Shown here piece after piece: positions 24,939 through 36,949 of a stretch of 64,000 nucleotides of DNA (the first letter of the stretch is position 1; each line of letters opens with the position of its first letter). Below the pieces are notes generated by a model. It searched no databases. It was given only the letters and a program-made list of their open reading frames with translations, and was not told the DNA's origin. Both the position numbers and the translations under genes were made by a program. Origin of the DNA: Macrostomum lignano (Eukaryota); contig NIVC01002115.1 of NCBI GenBank assembly GCA_002269645.1, forward strand, positions 124,001-188,000, in the 5' to 3' direction.

Positions 24939-26503
24939 ACAAAATGTGAACTAGCTAAATCAATCAAGACTGCGAATTAGGATTATACATTTCTCTTTAT
25001 TGGGATGAACAAATAGTTCTTAGTCAGACCCTGTAGACTGGAAAGCGAAATTAAACAGAACATAAACAGGAAGTAAATAATTGGAATCTTTCAAAAAGCG
25101 TGTTATCTTACCCATTCAACCCACCGAAATACAATGTCCGCATTTCAAAATTCCATTCCAGCTTTGCAATGCATGCATAGAGATTGTTAGTTCACTAGAA
25201 AATGAAATCTAAAACAGACTAGATGATCGCTAGCTATTGTCTTATCCCGATAGGACCCTAAAGTTATTTTTTCTTTTATTTATTTTTGAATTAATGATAG
25301 GAATACATTAGGTAGCTGGTGGAAACCTTAATTTAATTCTTTCTACGAGCGTATGGTAAACTTATATCGCAGAAGTCCTTGTTCTTACCCATCATCATGG
25401 AAAGGGAATAGCTTCCTTTGAAAACTCAGCAGAATTTAATAGAAGGATATGCCTATGGTTCCAAGGGCCAAAATGGCATGAATACGAGAGCTGTGCAGCA
25501 AATTTACAGGCTCACAGCCAATGAGATGGTAGCTACGTATGAGGAGGGAATAATAGCTACAACTCAAAAGCAAGCGATAGAAAAATATCTGGGATAATAT
25601 GCCCTCCATGCCTTGCATCACTCACGCACAATTTTGCGCAATGCTTCTTTGTCCACTTTTATGTAGCATTCTCTGTACTGTACGAGTGTTTATGCTGTTT
25701 TTTGTTACATTTAGTCACAATTATTCATTGATGTTTCAATTTATACTTTATACTTTGGACTTTGTAAGGTGATGGCATACCTATGAATTATAATGAAAAG
25801 TTTCTGACTTGTTTTAAGATCATTTTTTCAAATTTCACAAACTCATGTAGACACTCATTTTTTGCATCACGCATATTGAAAACCAATAGTAATTAGGTCA
25901 TATGGTAATAAAGTGCTGTAAATCAGAGATAGCTCGGGAGATTTTTTTGAAATTGCACATATGTTGTGCTAAGGTCCAGATGAGTGTGTAAATTATTGTC
26001 ATTTCAGGCTGACTTTATTTTCACCTTTAAAGGGCTTTAAGACATGTGTGGAATAAGCTGTTCAGTCGCGACTAGTGAAGACCTCTATCCAGCCTGGGAA
26101 TGCGTCTAAAACTATTTAAGTACTTAAAGTTTACTAAAACTACTTAAAGTTTCCTTTTAAGTTTTTCCGAGCCGAGTCAGCCAATCTCGATAATTATCAC
26201 ACGACAAGAAGTCATCTTTTTTCTGGACATCCCACAGCTGAGATCAATAAAAAACGATCCTCGAACTGAGAACTCCACAGTCCCAGTGACGCGTCACGGG
26301 TCTTCTAGAAGATGTTTGCACCATTTGCCTTCGCTAAGCATTCCCTTTAGGATGTGATATTTTTAAGTTACTTTTATTTATCAACTTCTCGTTGCGTTCT
26401 TTCGAATGTAGTTATTGTTCTCGTGGCTTTTAATGAAATCTTTCGTTGCCGTTGAATTCCGCTTTAGTCATAGTTTCCACCCCAACCTTATCAAAGTTCC
26501 GTT

Positions 26504-26818
26504 CTAATCATTAGGTTCCGCTCCAATCATAGGTTCCTCTCTAATCATAGGTTCCGCTCTAATCATAGGTTCCACTCTAATCATAGGTTCCAATCTAATC
26601 ATAGGTTCCAATCTAATCATAGGTTCCGCTCTAATCATAGGTTCCGCTCCAATCATAGGTTCCGCTCCAATCATAGGTTCCGCTCTAATCATAGGTTCGG
26701 CTCCAATCATAGGTTCCAATCTAATCATAGGTTCCACTCTAATCATAGGTTCCAATCTAATCATAGGTTCCAATCTAATCATAGGTTCCGCTCCAATCAT
26801 AGGTTCCGCTCTAATCAT
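26504..26818. repeat. 18-bp minisatellite (TCTAATCATAGGTTCCGC), about 17 copies, left arm
   Basis: Unit read directly; it gives the AEPMIR pseudo-ORF. Confidence 0.95.
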
Positions 26819-27261
26819 TGTGCTAAACTATACGCTCCGCTCTAATGTTTCGGTCATTTAAGTGCTCAAATACTCGTATACCGTAATAAAACATTCAAGG
26901 TACCATAAAACTTACTATGCGTCACCAGCATAGAATTCAGGGTGGTAAATAAACTGCACCTTTATAAAAATTAATGGTGCGTCAGTATCCAAAAGTCGCA
27001 ACATAAGCGCATCGGCCTTGCTATTGCACAGAAACCCGTTAACAGCGGAAGAACCCGTAAAGTTAACCAAAGCAGCAGAGCACAAAAGCATGGCAGCGTC
27101 AGTAATACGATTTCTTACTCAATGAAATCAATCGCTAACAAGATAAACAATGAGGCTTTTTGAGAAACATACACAATCACCAAAATGTGTATAAAACCGT
27201 GTAAACACGGGAGCCGTAACGTGAAGTCATAAGTTAAAGAACACTTTACTAGTCAACAGAA

Positions 27262-28500
27262 ATGAATACTTTTAAATACGTTGGAGATCCTTTGGGTGAG
27301 TATTTTTCAAAGCTTATTGAATTACATGCAGTTAGTTTAAAACAGTTTCCTTTTTATTATTGTAGGGCACAGGACCCATCTGCAGCAAAACTTCAACCGA
27401 ACCCTTTCTGAAGAATATTTAACAAAAAGATACAATTTACTTGTTCAGTCATACTGGAATGCCTTTATGAAATTTGGAGTAGGAATTTCCAAGGCCATCG
27501 GCTTCCCAACAGGCCTGCTGCTGCAGATCCTCACCGTCATTTTCCTGGTTCGCGGAAACACCGGCTTCTCTCTGTCAGCCAGGAAGTGGTTTCTCCTAGT
27601 CGTCAGTGCGGACATTGCGGGCACCTTGTACCGCGCATACGAAATGATCACTGATGATTTTTTTAATTCCAATCCCTACGCTAGTTATGGACCCGGAAAC
27701 GATCTGCAGTTTCTGATGTGGGGCCTGCGTCTAAAGACCACAGATTCCTCCAGAATGTAATGTGCAGAGTATTCTTCATCATCCTCTACTTCCCGCTGTA
27801 CCTGTCTCCGTTCGCTCTGACCATCAGCTCGCTACTGCGCTGCTACTGCATCAAGTATCCGCTGGTTGCCAAGGCCCACCTGACCAAGAGACTCGACCTG
27901 ATCTTGATTCTTGCGGCTTCGCTGCTTGCTCTGGTTGTGGCGGTCGTGTTCGGCGCTCTGATTATAGACGGCTGGAGTTTGACGTTGTTTTCCACGACAA
28001 TATACGGCATCCATGTTTACTATGGGAAATGCAGCGTTCCGGCCTTTCAGGTTATTAACACTGATAAGGAACTGCAGTTCATTGGCTTTGTTTTCATGCT
28101 AGTAGTGGCATTCTTCATATGCTTTCTGAACATGCTGTCTGCCACTATCATAATCATAGTGCTGTTTCAGTCGAAAAGGAATAGAGCTGTGCTGTCAATG
28201 AGTGGCAATGAAGGAGCTGACGCAGTGAACATGGAGGCTCGAGCCACCGCCAGGCTGCTGGGGATGAACGTCACGCTGTTGTTGTGTTTCTTCTTCTCCC
28301 GACTGCTGCTGGTGGTCAGCACGAGGATTGACAATTATGTGGATCCGATTTCTTGTGTGTTTGTAGACTTCTGCTGTTTTGTTTTATCTAGCACTACTCT
28401 ATTTAATTCGTTTGAAATAAACCTTTTTCAGATGTGGTCTCTGATCGACTGGCGGCTATGCTGTTCCACATTCCGTACTTTACTAACTCGCTGTTCATAG
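27262..28500 (+). pseudogene. Rhodopsin-family (class A, peptide-receptor-like) GPCR with a frameshift. Exons 27262-27295 and 27366-28500
   Basis: ATG exon, 70-nt GT-AG intron and an N-terminus with an NRT sequon. Hydrophobic TM segments, TM3 Cys (SRMCRVFF) and a DRY-position motif (LLRCYCIKYPL). An AATGT tandem duplication at 27754-27763 creates a frameshift and TAA. Confidence 0.8.
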
Positions 28501-29153
28501 CCGGTCTGTCCAGAAGCTTTTACCAGTTTCTGTTTCCCTGCATCGGAGACTCGAAGCCGAAGCTGTCTTCCTCCGATAGTCAGAGGACTTTTTGATTGAA
28601 TCAACATATTTCGAATGTAAGAACTCAGTGACAGTGGAGCAACTCTTAGTTGTGAAGTAAAGCAGAATAGATTGACCTTTTTGGGCATACAGAATATCTG
28701 CCTAAATAAAATATTACCGACTGACATTCTCGCTATTAATTAAGCAGGCAATAAACTTTTAATGTAGGTAAATTATTTTTTTAGCAAACATGGATGAAAA
28801 ATGTGAGCATAAACATAGATATACATGTACACAACAACTTCATGGTTCAAAGTTCAATTAACAGGAAATCATACTCAATAATGCAGGCACCTATAGACGG
28901 TGCAAGTCTGTTCTCATTGTCTCTGTGTTAATTTTAGACCCTAATTTAGAGTTGGCTCTTACGAAAAATTATCGTAGAAAATGCAATGACTTGAAACGAA
29001 GTCTTTGATTATGCACTGGAAACTGGCTTTCAAGAGGCAGACAGACAGAGATGTATCCATATTATAGGGCTCCGGTTTTACTATATATTTGTGGGCTCCT
29101 CCCACATTTGCCAGGCAAATTGTGGCACGAAACACGAAAGATAAGTACCGATG

Positions 29154-30339
29154 GTGCATTACATAGCATGGGGTCCGACTATTCAGAGGGGGTGACTACG
29201 GTGAGTCAGGAAAAGACAGTGTCGTAGTCAGTGGGAGCAGTTGACCCTGACCAGACTGTGGAGGGATCAGCCCAGACCATCACATCTCCCCTGAGGCTGG
29301 AGGCTGGAGTCAAAGTCGGTCCGGTGGTGCACGGGTGTGCTGGGGATATCGCTGGGCCGATGAATCCACTTCTAGTGCCAGGATGCCGCCGGCAGCCGAA
29401 TGTTCATCGTCAGAGTCGTCCTGCTGCTGGGCCGTTGGTGGGGGCGTGGCGGCAGCGGCAGCGGCAGGCAGGCGCGGCGGTGTGTCGGTGCCGCGGTCTG
29501 GCAGCGACAGTAGTTGATCAGTGTGACGCTGCATGAGAGGGCTGTCTGTGCTCACAGTGCAGTTTCAGGGCCCCGCCCGAAAATTTGACGGTGCCTTCTT
29601 GCCAACGGTTTCTAGTGGTAGTGCTGTAGTCTCGCAACAAAACTCGGTCTTCCGGTCGGAACGTCCTGGCTTGCCTGGGTGACTGTTGAAGCGCTGACTG
29701 CTGCTGCTGGTGCCGGTTGCTGACGAGTGAGGGCGTTAGCAGATCGAGCCGGGATCAAATCGGCGCCCGAAGAGCAGCTGGCTGGGAGCCGAGCCCGAGG
29801 CTGAATGTGGCGTGTTGCGATAGGTGAGCAGGAACTGCTGCAAAGCTTTCTCGGGCGGTCCCGATTTCTTCAGGTGCTGTTTCAACACTCACGAACCGTT
29901 CAGCTTGTCCCTTTGTCGCCGGTTGGAAATAGCGCTAAAGTCACGTGCTCGACACCGTTGATCCTCAAGAACTCGGTGAATTCCGATGACGCAAACTGGG
30001 CTCCGTTGTCCGACACCAGAGTCTGCGGCAGGCCCCTGGCGCGCAAAAAAAGCTTGCAAAGAAGCTGATTGTCTAGGCCGACCTCATGCTGGTCAGCTGC
30101 TTCACCTCCGGCCACTTGCTATGCGCGTCGATAAGCACTAGAAAAGTGCGTCAGTTCACTGGCCCAGAAAATTCGACACGCAGTCTTGACCACGGCTCCG
30201 ATGGGAAGGACAATGGGTGCTTTGGCGCTTTGGGCGGATCAGCCTGGTTGAGCCGGCAGGTTTCACATGCCTTGACGGAGTTCTCTACGAGCGCTTTCAT
30301 GTGGCTAGCACCAGGAAGATCTTGATGCTGTGCCCTCGT
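29154..30339 (-). mobile_element. Degenerate Ty3/Gypsy 3' end (integrase, PPT, LTR start), left-arm copy
   Basis: Mirror image of 31260-32445. Confidence 0.85.
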
Positions 30340-30344
30340 CTTTT

Positions 30345-30943
30345 TGCATTTTAGGGAGACCCTAGTGTTCCTAGCGATCCTTTCTCATGGCGTTGAGCTT
30401 GGCCATCATGATGCCAGCAATCTTGGAAAAGTGCGGTTTAAAGTTAAGTTCCTTACTAGAGTGACACCTAGGAGGCCGCAGGGTCGTAGTATTGAATTTC
30501 ATCCTGACAAAGTTTACGTAAGGATTGGCTTTTCGTGATGTGGTTGCCATTAAACTTAAAGAAGGAAACTGCCTTGCTTTTGATGGTGCTGCCAACGTCG
30601 CCCAGCAATTTTTTTAAGGTGCCAAAGTAGCTGTTAAGCCCCTTCGCAGACATGCTGGACTTTCTGGCGCTGGCCCAGTCAGCAAGGTGGTCAGCAAATT
30701 GGCTAATATTAACCCGGTTGTCCAGCAGTCTGGGAATGGAGCTGACATTTACTATGAAAAAAAGAGGCGAAAGCACCCCAACCTTGAGGAGACGCCAGCA
30801 GCAAGATCAAAGCCCTCGCTGACGGCACACCCACCTGGATTTTAATCTCCCTGCAATCATGATCCTTACCATGTTGTGAGGAACCTCATACTCAAAGAAC
30901 CTTTGTCTAAGATAACTATGCCAGACCCCGTCGAAAGCTCCCT
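30345..30943 (-). mobile_element. Degenerate non-LTR (LINE) reverse transcriptase fragment
   Basis: Minus-strand frames give GAFDGVWH, GVSSRLGVLSPLFFIVNV, QFADHL and LGVTL..KELNFKPH, matching the RT motifs AFDxVxH, GVPQGSVLSP, (Y/F)ADD and YLGV. Confidence 0.8.
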
Positions 30944-31255
30944 GCTTCAAATTATGAACTAGCTTCTCTATTCGCGTCTGCTTTGACGTCAAGGGAGCTT
31001 TCGTTGGCAGCACCATCAAAAGCAAGGCAGTTTCCTTCTTTAAGTTTAATGGCAACCACATCACGAAAAGCCAATCCTTACGTAAACTTTGTCAGGATGA
31101 AATTCAATACTACGACCCTGCGGCCTCCTAGGTGTCACTCTAGTAAGGAACTTAACTTTAAACCGCACTTTTCCAAGATTGCTGGCATCATGATGGCCAA
31201 GCTCAACGCCATGAGAAAGGATCGCTAGGAACACTAGGGTCTCCCTAAAATGCAA
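30944..31255 (+). mobile_element. Plus-strand copy of the same LINE fragment, carrying the native RT motif VCFDVKGAF and a 336-bp internal deletion
   Basis: GTC TGC TTT GAC GTC AAG GGA GCT TTC G (about 30976-31003) is joined directly to TTGGCAGCACC, which lies 336 nt further along in the left-arm copy. Confidence 0.75.
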
Positions 31256-31259
31256 AAAG

Positions 31260-32445
31260 ACGAGGGCACAGCATCAAGATCTTCCTGGTGCTAGCCACAT
31301 GAAAGCGCTCGTAGAGAACTCCGTCAAGGCATGTGAAACCTGCCGGCTCAACCAGGCTGATCCGCCCAAAGCGCCAAAGCACCCATTGTCCTTCCCATCG
31401 GAGCCGTGGTCAAGACTGCGTGTCGAATTTTCTGGGCCAGTGAACTGACGCACTTTTCTAGTGCTTATCGACGCGCATAGCAAGTGGCCGGAGGTGAAGC
31501 AGCTGACCAGCATGAGGTCGGCCTAGACAATCAGCTTCTTTGCAAGCTTTTTTTGCGCGCCAGGGGCCTGCCGCAGACTCTGGTGTCGGACAACGGAGCC
31601 CAGTTTGCGTCATCGGAATTCACCGAGTTCTTGAGGATCAACGGTGTCGAGCACGTGACTTTAGCGCTATTTCCAACCGGCGACAAAGGGACAAGCTGAA
31701 CGGTTCGTGAGTGTTGAAACAGCACCTGAAGAAATCGGGACCGCCCGAGAAAGCTTTGCAGCAGTTCCTGCTCACCTATCGCAACACGCCACATTCAGCC
31801 TCGGGCTCGGCTCCCAGCCAGCTGCTCTTCGGGCGCCGATTTGATCCCGGCTCGATCTGCTAACGCCCTCACTCGTCAGCAACCGGCACCAGCAGCAGCA
31901 GTCAGCGCTTCAACAGTCACCCAGGCAAGCCAGGACGTTCCGACCGGAAGACCGAGTTTTGTTGCGAGACTACAGCACTACCACTAGAAACCGTTGGCAA
32001 GAAGGCACCGTCAAATTTTCGGGCGGGGCCCTGAAACTGCACTGTGAGCACAGACAGCCCTCTCATGCAGCGTCACACTGATCAACTACTGTCGCTGCCA
32101 GACCGCGGCACCGACACACCGCCGCGCCTGCCTGCCGCTGCCGCTGCCGCCACGCCCCCACCAACGGCCCAGCAGCAGGACGACTCTGACGATGAACATT
32201 CGGCTGCCGGCGGCATCCTGGCACTAGAAGTGGATTCATCGGCCCAGCGATATCCCCAGCACACCCGTGCACCACCGGACCGACTTTGACTCCAGCCTCC
32301 AGCCTCAGGGGAGATGTGATGGTCTGGGCTGATCCCTCCACAGTCTGGTCAGGGTCAACTGCTCCCACTGACTACGACACTGTCTTTTCCTGACTCACCG
32401 TAGTCACCCCCTCTGAATAGTCGGACCCCATGCTATGTAATGCAC
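31260..32445 (+). mobile_element. Degenerate Ty3/Gypsy 3' end: integrase, PPT and start of the 3' LTR, right-arm copy
   Basis: Frames give CETC...PWSRL, LVLIDAHSKWPEV, GLPQTLVSDNGAQFASSEF, FLLTYRNTPHSASGSAPSQLLFGRR and a C-terminal RYPQHTRAPPDRL-stop. PPT AGGGGAGA at 32307-32314 is followed by TGT at 32315. Multiple stops and frameshifts; LTR end uncertain. Confidence 0.85.
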
Positions 32446-33098
32446 CATCGGTACTTATCTTTCGTGTTTCGTGCCACAATTTGCCTGGCAAATGTGGGAG
32501 GAGCCCACAAATATATAGTAAAACCGGAGCCCTATAATATGGATACATCTCTGTCTGTCTGCCTCTTGAAAGCCAGTTTCCAGTGCATAATCAAAGACTT
32601 CGTTTCAAGTCATTGCATTTTCTACGATTATTTTTCGTAAGAGCCAACTCTAAATTAGGGTCTAAAATTAACACAGAGACAATGAGAACAGACTTGCACC
32701 GTCTATAGGTGCCTGCATTATTGAGTATGATTTCCTGTTAATTGAACTTTGAACCATGAAGTTGTTGTGTACATGTATATCTATGTTTATGCTCACATTT
32801 TTCATCCATGTTTGCTAAAAAAATAATTTACCTACATTAAAAGTTTATTGCCTGCTTAATTAATAGCGAGAATGTCAGTCGGTAATATTTTATTTAGGCA
32901 GATATTCTGTATGCCCAAAAAGGTCAATCTATTCTGCTTTACTTCACAACTAAGAGTTGCTCCACTGTCACTGAGTTCTTACATTCGAAATATGTTGATT
33001 CAATCAAAAAGTCCTCTGACTATCGGAGGAAGACAGCTTCGGCTTCGAGTCTCCGATGCAGGGAAACAGAAACTGGTAAAAGCTTCTGGACAGACCGG

Positions 33099-34337
33099 CT
33101 ATGAACAGCGAGTTAGTAAAGTACGGAATGTGGAACAGCATAGCCGCCAGTCGATCAGAGACCACATCTGAAAAAGGTTTATTTCAAACGAATTAAATAG
33201 AGTAGTGCTAGATAAAACAAAACAGCAGAAGTCTACAAACACACAAGAAATCGGATCCACATAATTGTCAATCCTCGTGCTGACCACCAGCAGCAGTCGG
33301 GAGAAGAAGAAACACAACAACAGCGTGACGTTCATCCCCAGCAGCCTGGCGGTGGCTCGAGCCTCCATGTTCACTGCGTCAGCTCCTTCATTGCCACTCA
33401 TTGACAGCACAGCTCTATTCCTTTTCGACTGAAACAGCACTATGATTATGATAGTGGCAGACAGCATGTTCAGAAAGCATATGAAGAATGCCACTACTAG
33501 CATGAAAACAAAGCCAATGAACTGCAGTTCCTTATCAGTGTTAATAACCTGAAAGGCCGGAACGCTGCATTTCCCATAGTAAACATGGATGCCGTATATT
33601 GTCGTGGAAAACAACGTCAAACTCCAGCCGTCTATAATCAGAGCGCCGAACACGACCGCCACAACCAGAGCAAGCAGCGAAGCCGCAAGAATCAAGATCA
33701 GGTCGAGTCTCTTGGTCAGGTGGGCCTTGGCAACCAGCGGATACTTGATGCAGTAGCAGCGCAGTAGCGAGCTGATGGTCAGAGCGAACGGAGACAGGTA
33801 CAGCGGGAAGTAGAGGATGATGAAGAATACTCTGCACATTACATTCTGGAGGAATCTGTGGTCTTTAGACGCAGGCCCCACATCAGAAACTGCAGATCGT
33901 TTCCGGGTCCATAACTAGCGTAGGGATTGGAATTAAAAAAATCATCAGTGATCATTTCGTATGCGCGGTACAAGGTGCCCGCAATGTCCGCACTGACGAC
34001 TAGGAGAAACCACTTCCTGGCTGACAGAGAGAAGCCGGTGTTTCCGCGAACCAGGAAAATGACGGTGAGGATCTGCAGCAGCAGGCCTGTTGGGAAGCCG
34101 ATGGCCTTGGAAATTCCTACTCCAAATTTCATAAAGGCATTCCAGTATGACTGAACAAGTAAATTGTATCTTTTTGTTAAATATTCTTCAGAAAGGGTTC
34201 GGTTGAAGTTTTGCTGCAGATGGGTCCTGTGCCCTACAATAATAAAAAGGAAACTGTTTTAAACTAACTGCATGTAATTCAATAAGCTTTGAAAAATACT
34301 CACCCAAAGGATCTCCAACGTATTTAAAAGTATTCAT
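33099..34337 (-). pseudogene. Second copy of the GPCR pseudogene. Exons 34337-34304 and 34233-33099
   Basis: Mirror of 27262-28500; ORF translations are identical, including the 5-bp duplication. Confidence 0.8.
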
Positions 34338-34780
34338 TTCTGTTGACTAGTAAAGTGTTCTTTAACTTATGACTTCACGTTACGGCTCCCGTGTTTACAC
34401 GGTTTTATACACATTTTGGTGATTGTGTATGTTTCTCAAAAAGCCTCATTGTTTATCTTGTTAGCGATTGATTTCATTGAGTAAGAAATCGTATTACTGA
34501 CGCTGCCATGCTTTTGTGCTCTGCTGCTTTGGTTAACTTTACGGGTTCTTCCGCTGTTAACGGGTTTCTGTGCAATAGCAAGGCCGATGCGCTTATGTTG
34601 CGACTTTTGGATACTGACGCACCATTAATTTTTATAAAGGTGCAGTTTATTTACCACCCTGAATTCTATGCTGGTGGCGCATAGTAAGTTTTATGGTACC
34701 TTGAATGTTTTATTACGGTATACGAGTATTTGAGCACTTAAATGACCGAAACATTAGAGCGGAGCGTATAGTTTAGCACA

Positions 34781-35239
34781 ATGATTAGAGCGGAACCTAT
34801 GATTAGAGCGGAACCTATGATTAGATTGGAACCTATGATTAGATTGGAACCTATGATTAGAGTGGAACCTATGATTAGATTGGAACCTATGATTGGAGCC
34901 GAACCTATGATTAGAGCGGAACCTATGATTGGAGCGGAACCTATGATTAGATTGGAACCTATGATTAGATTGGAACCTATGATTAGAGCGGAACCTATGA
35001 TTAGAGAGGAACCTATGATTGGAGCGGAACCTATGATTAGAGCGGAACCTATGATTGGAGCGGAACCTATGATTAGATTGGAACCTATGATTAGATTGGA
35101 ACCTATGATTAGATTGGAACCTATGATTAGAGAGGAACCTATGATTGGAGCGGAACCTATGATTGGAGAGGAACCTATGATTAGAGCGGAACCTATGATT
35201 AGAGAGGAACCTATGATTGGAGCGGAACCTAATGATTAG
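34781..35239. repeat. 18-bp minisatellite, about 25 copies, right arm (8 more units than the left arm)
   Basis: Reverse complement of the 26504-26818 unit; 144 bp longer. Confidence 0.95.
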
Positions 35240-35694
35240 AACGGAACTTTGATAAGGTTGGGGTGGAAACTATGACTAAAGCGGAATTCAACGGCAACGA
35301 AAGATTTCATTAAAAGCCACGAGAACAATAACTACATTCGCAAGAACGCAACGAGAAGTTGATAAATAAAAGTAACTTAAAAATATCACATCCTAAAGGG
35401 AATGCTTAGCGAAGGCAAATGGTGCAAACATCTTCTAAAAGACCCGTGACGCGTCACTGGGGCTGTGGAGTTCTCAGTTCGAGGATCGTTTTTTATTGAT
35501 CTCAGCTGTGGGATGTCCAGAAAAAAGATGACTTCTTGTCGTGTGATAATTATCGAGATTGGCTGACTCGGCTCGGAAGAACTTAAAAGGAAACTTTAAG
35601 TAGTTTTAGTAAACTTTAAGTACTTAAATAGTTTTAGACGCATTCCCAGGCTGGATAGAGGTCTTCACTAGTCGCGACTGAACAGCTTATATTC

Positions 35695-36240
35695 TGTCAT
35701 TCGGTGCCTCACAACCGTATTCACACGTTTCGGGGTCAAGAGGTCGTCGTATCAGACAATGCGCTCGAGTTTACTATAGAGAGTCGCCCACCTCATGGTT
35801 GCGCATCAATGGTGCACGCGAGTTGGCATCACCGGCATACTACTCGCAAGCAAAAGTGGCAGCTGAAAGAATGTGCTCTGCATCATCGAATCTCTGCTTC
35901 GTCCTGAGAAGGCTGTCGCTCCAAAATAAATTTTGGAAGACGATTAAGTGTCCCGGTTGTGTCACAATTTGAGCAGGGTGACATCGTCATCTACACGCCA
36001 AACAGTTCTGCCGTCAGCAATCCAGCATCTTTCGTCATGACGGCCGGCCGCAATTTGTGTGAATTCTGACTGAGGAGAATTAACCTTCCTTTCCCCATCA
36101 CGAACCAAATTACCCCACGAGCCTCCCAATCGCCAGAAGTTACGTCGGAAGATGGGGAGAACCAGCGCCCTCTGGTCAACAGGGAGGATCAACCCTGCTC
36201 CTGAGGTCGGGACCCGGAAGAGGATATGCTCTTGTGAAGA
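35695..36240 (+). mobile_element. Second, more degraded Gypsy integrase remnant
   Basis: Shifting frames give VFTRFG..EVVVSDNALEF and SWLRINGARELASPAYYSQAKVAAERM, matching the integrase core. End approximate. Confidence 0.6.
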
Positions 36241-36949
36241 GGTAGCACGAACCGAACCGCTCCTAATCGCTTTGAGCCCTAAATTTTATTTTCTGTTCTA
36301 CAAATTTCACTGTGGTTTTTAATGAGTTCAACAGGTTTCAAAAAACTTTAATACGGCGACAATGACCTCCACTAGGAGAAGACATGTTGTGCCCTGAAGA
36401 ATCTCTCTAACACCATTACACGTTCTTTAATTTTTAGTCTTGATTCTTTAAGGTTGTATCTACAAATGATCCTAACTCTCAACAAAAGTCTCTAAGACTG
36501 GCAGCTAATTTCCTTCTCTTTCTTTCAGCGTCGATATGCCTATGCCACTTTAAGCTGCAAAGCTACGAGTAAGATGTAAGTTCAATCCACAACAAAATCT
36601 TTACAGAATGATGCTGAAAAGCCCTCTGCATACGTCATCAGGTAACGTCATCAAGTTTGTTGTCAAATAGTGCTGTCCAGCAAAATATAGAGCTGACGCT
36701 CTTGTCAAAAAGCTGTTAAAGATTCAAAGCGAAAATTGCCAAAGATAAACTAAAGGAGCAGCATATCGACCCACCAATCCATCATTTCAGCTTTCTATCT
36801 GAAGCCATATTTCTTTGAGCTCAGTATTAGATTCTATACTCTGAAGCTACAGAAGCTTGAAAATGGTAAATCAGAGAGATTTTTGGCTAGCTATTGGCTA
36901 TGTAGCTATTAATTATCAAGGCAGCAAAATCAGCATTGGAGTGCCTCAA

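Larger units (their letters stand above)
26053..35690. repeat. Large palindrome (inverted duplication): left arm 26053-30597, right arm 31002-35690, apparent spacer 30598-31001
   Basis: Mirrored ORF coordinates sum to 61599 (e.g. 27718+33881, 29231+32368, 30344+31255). Outside the 18-bp array the sum is 61743, i.e. +144 = 8 extra units on the right. Both inner and outer ends were checked base by base. Confidence 0.98.

Noticed and set aside
22500-25300. RSS-like or CAC-type TIRs and a RAG2-like partner around the transposase
   Set aside because: No CACAGTG/CACAATG termini, no inverted match to the upstream end, and no second convergent ORF were found by eye.
25390-25600. Short frames reading IEGYAYGSKG (RuvC-like) or LWFQGPKW (BEL/Pao-like)
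   Set aside because: The two readings are mutually exclusive, each is under 60 codons and neither has supporting flanking motifs; probably chance.
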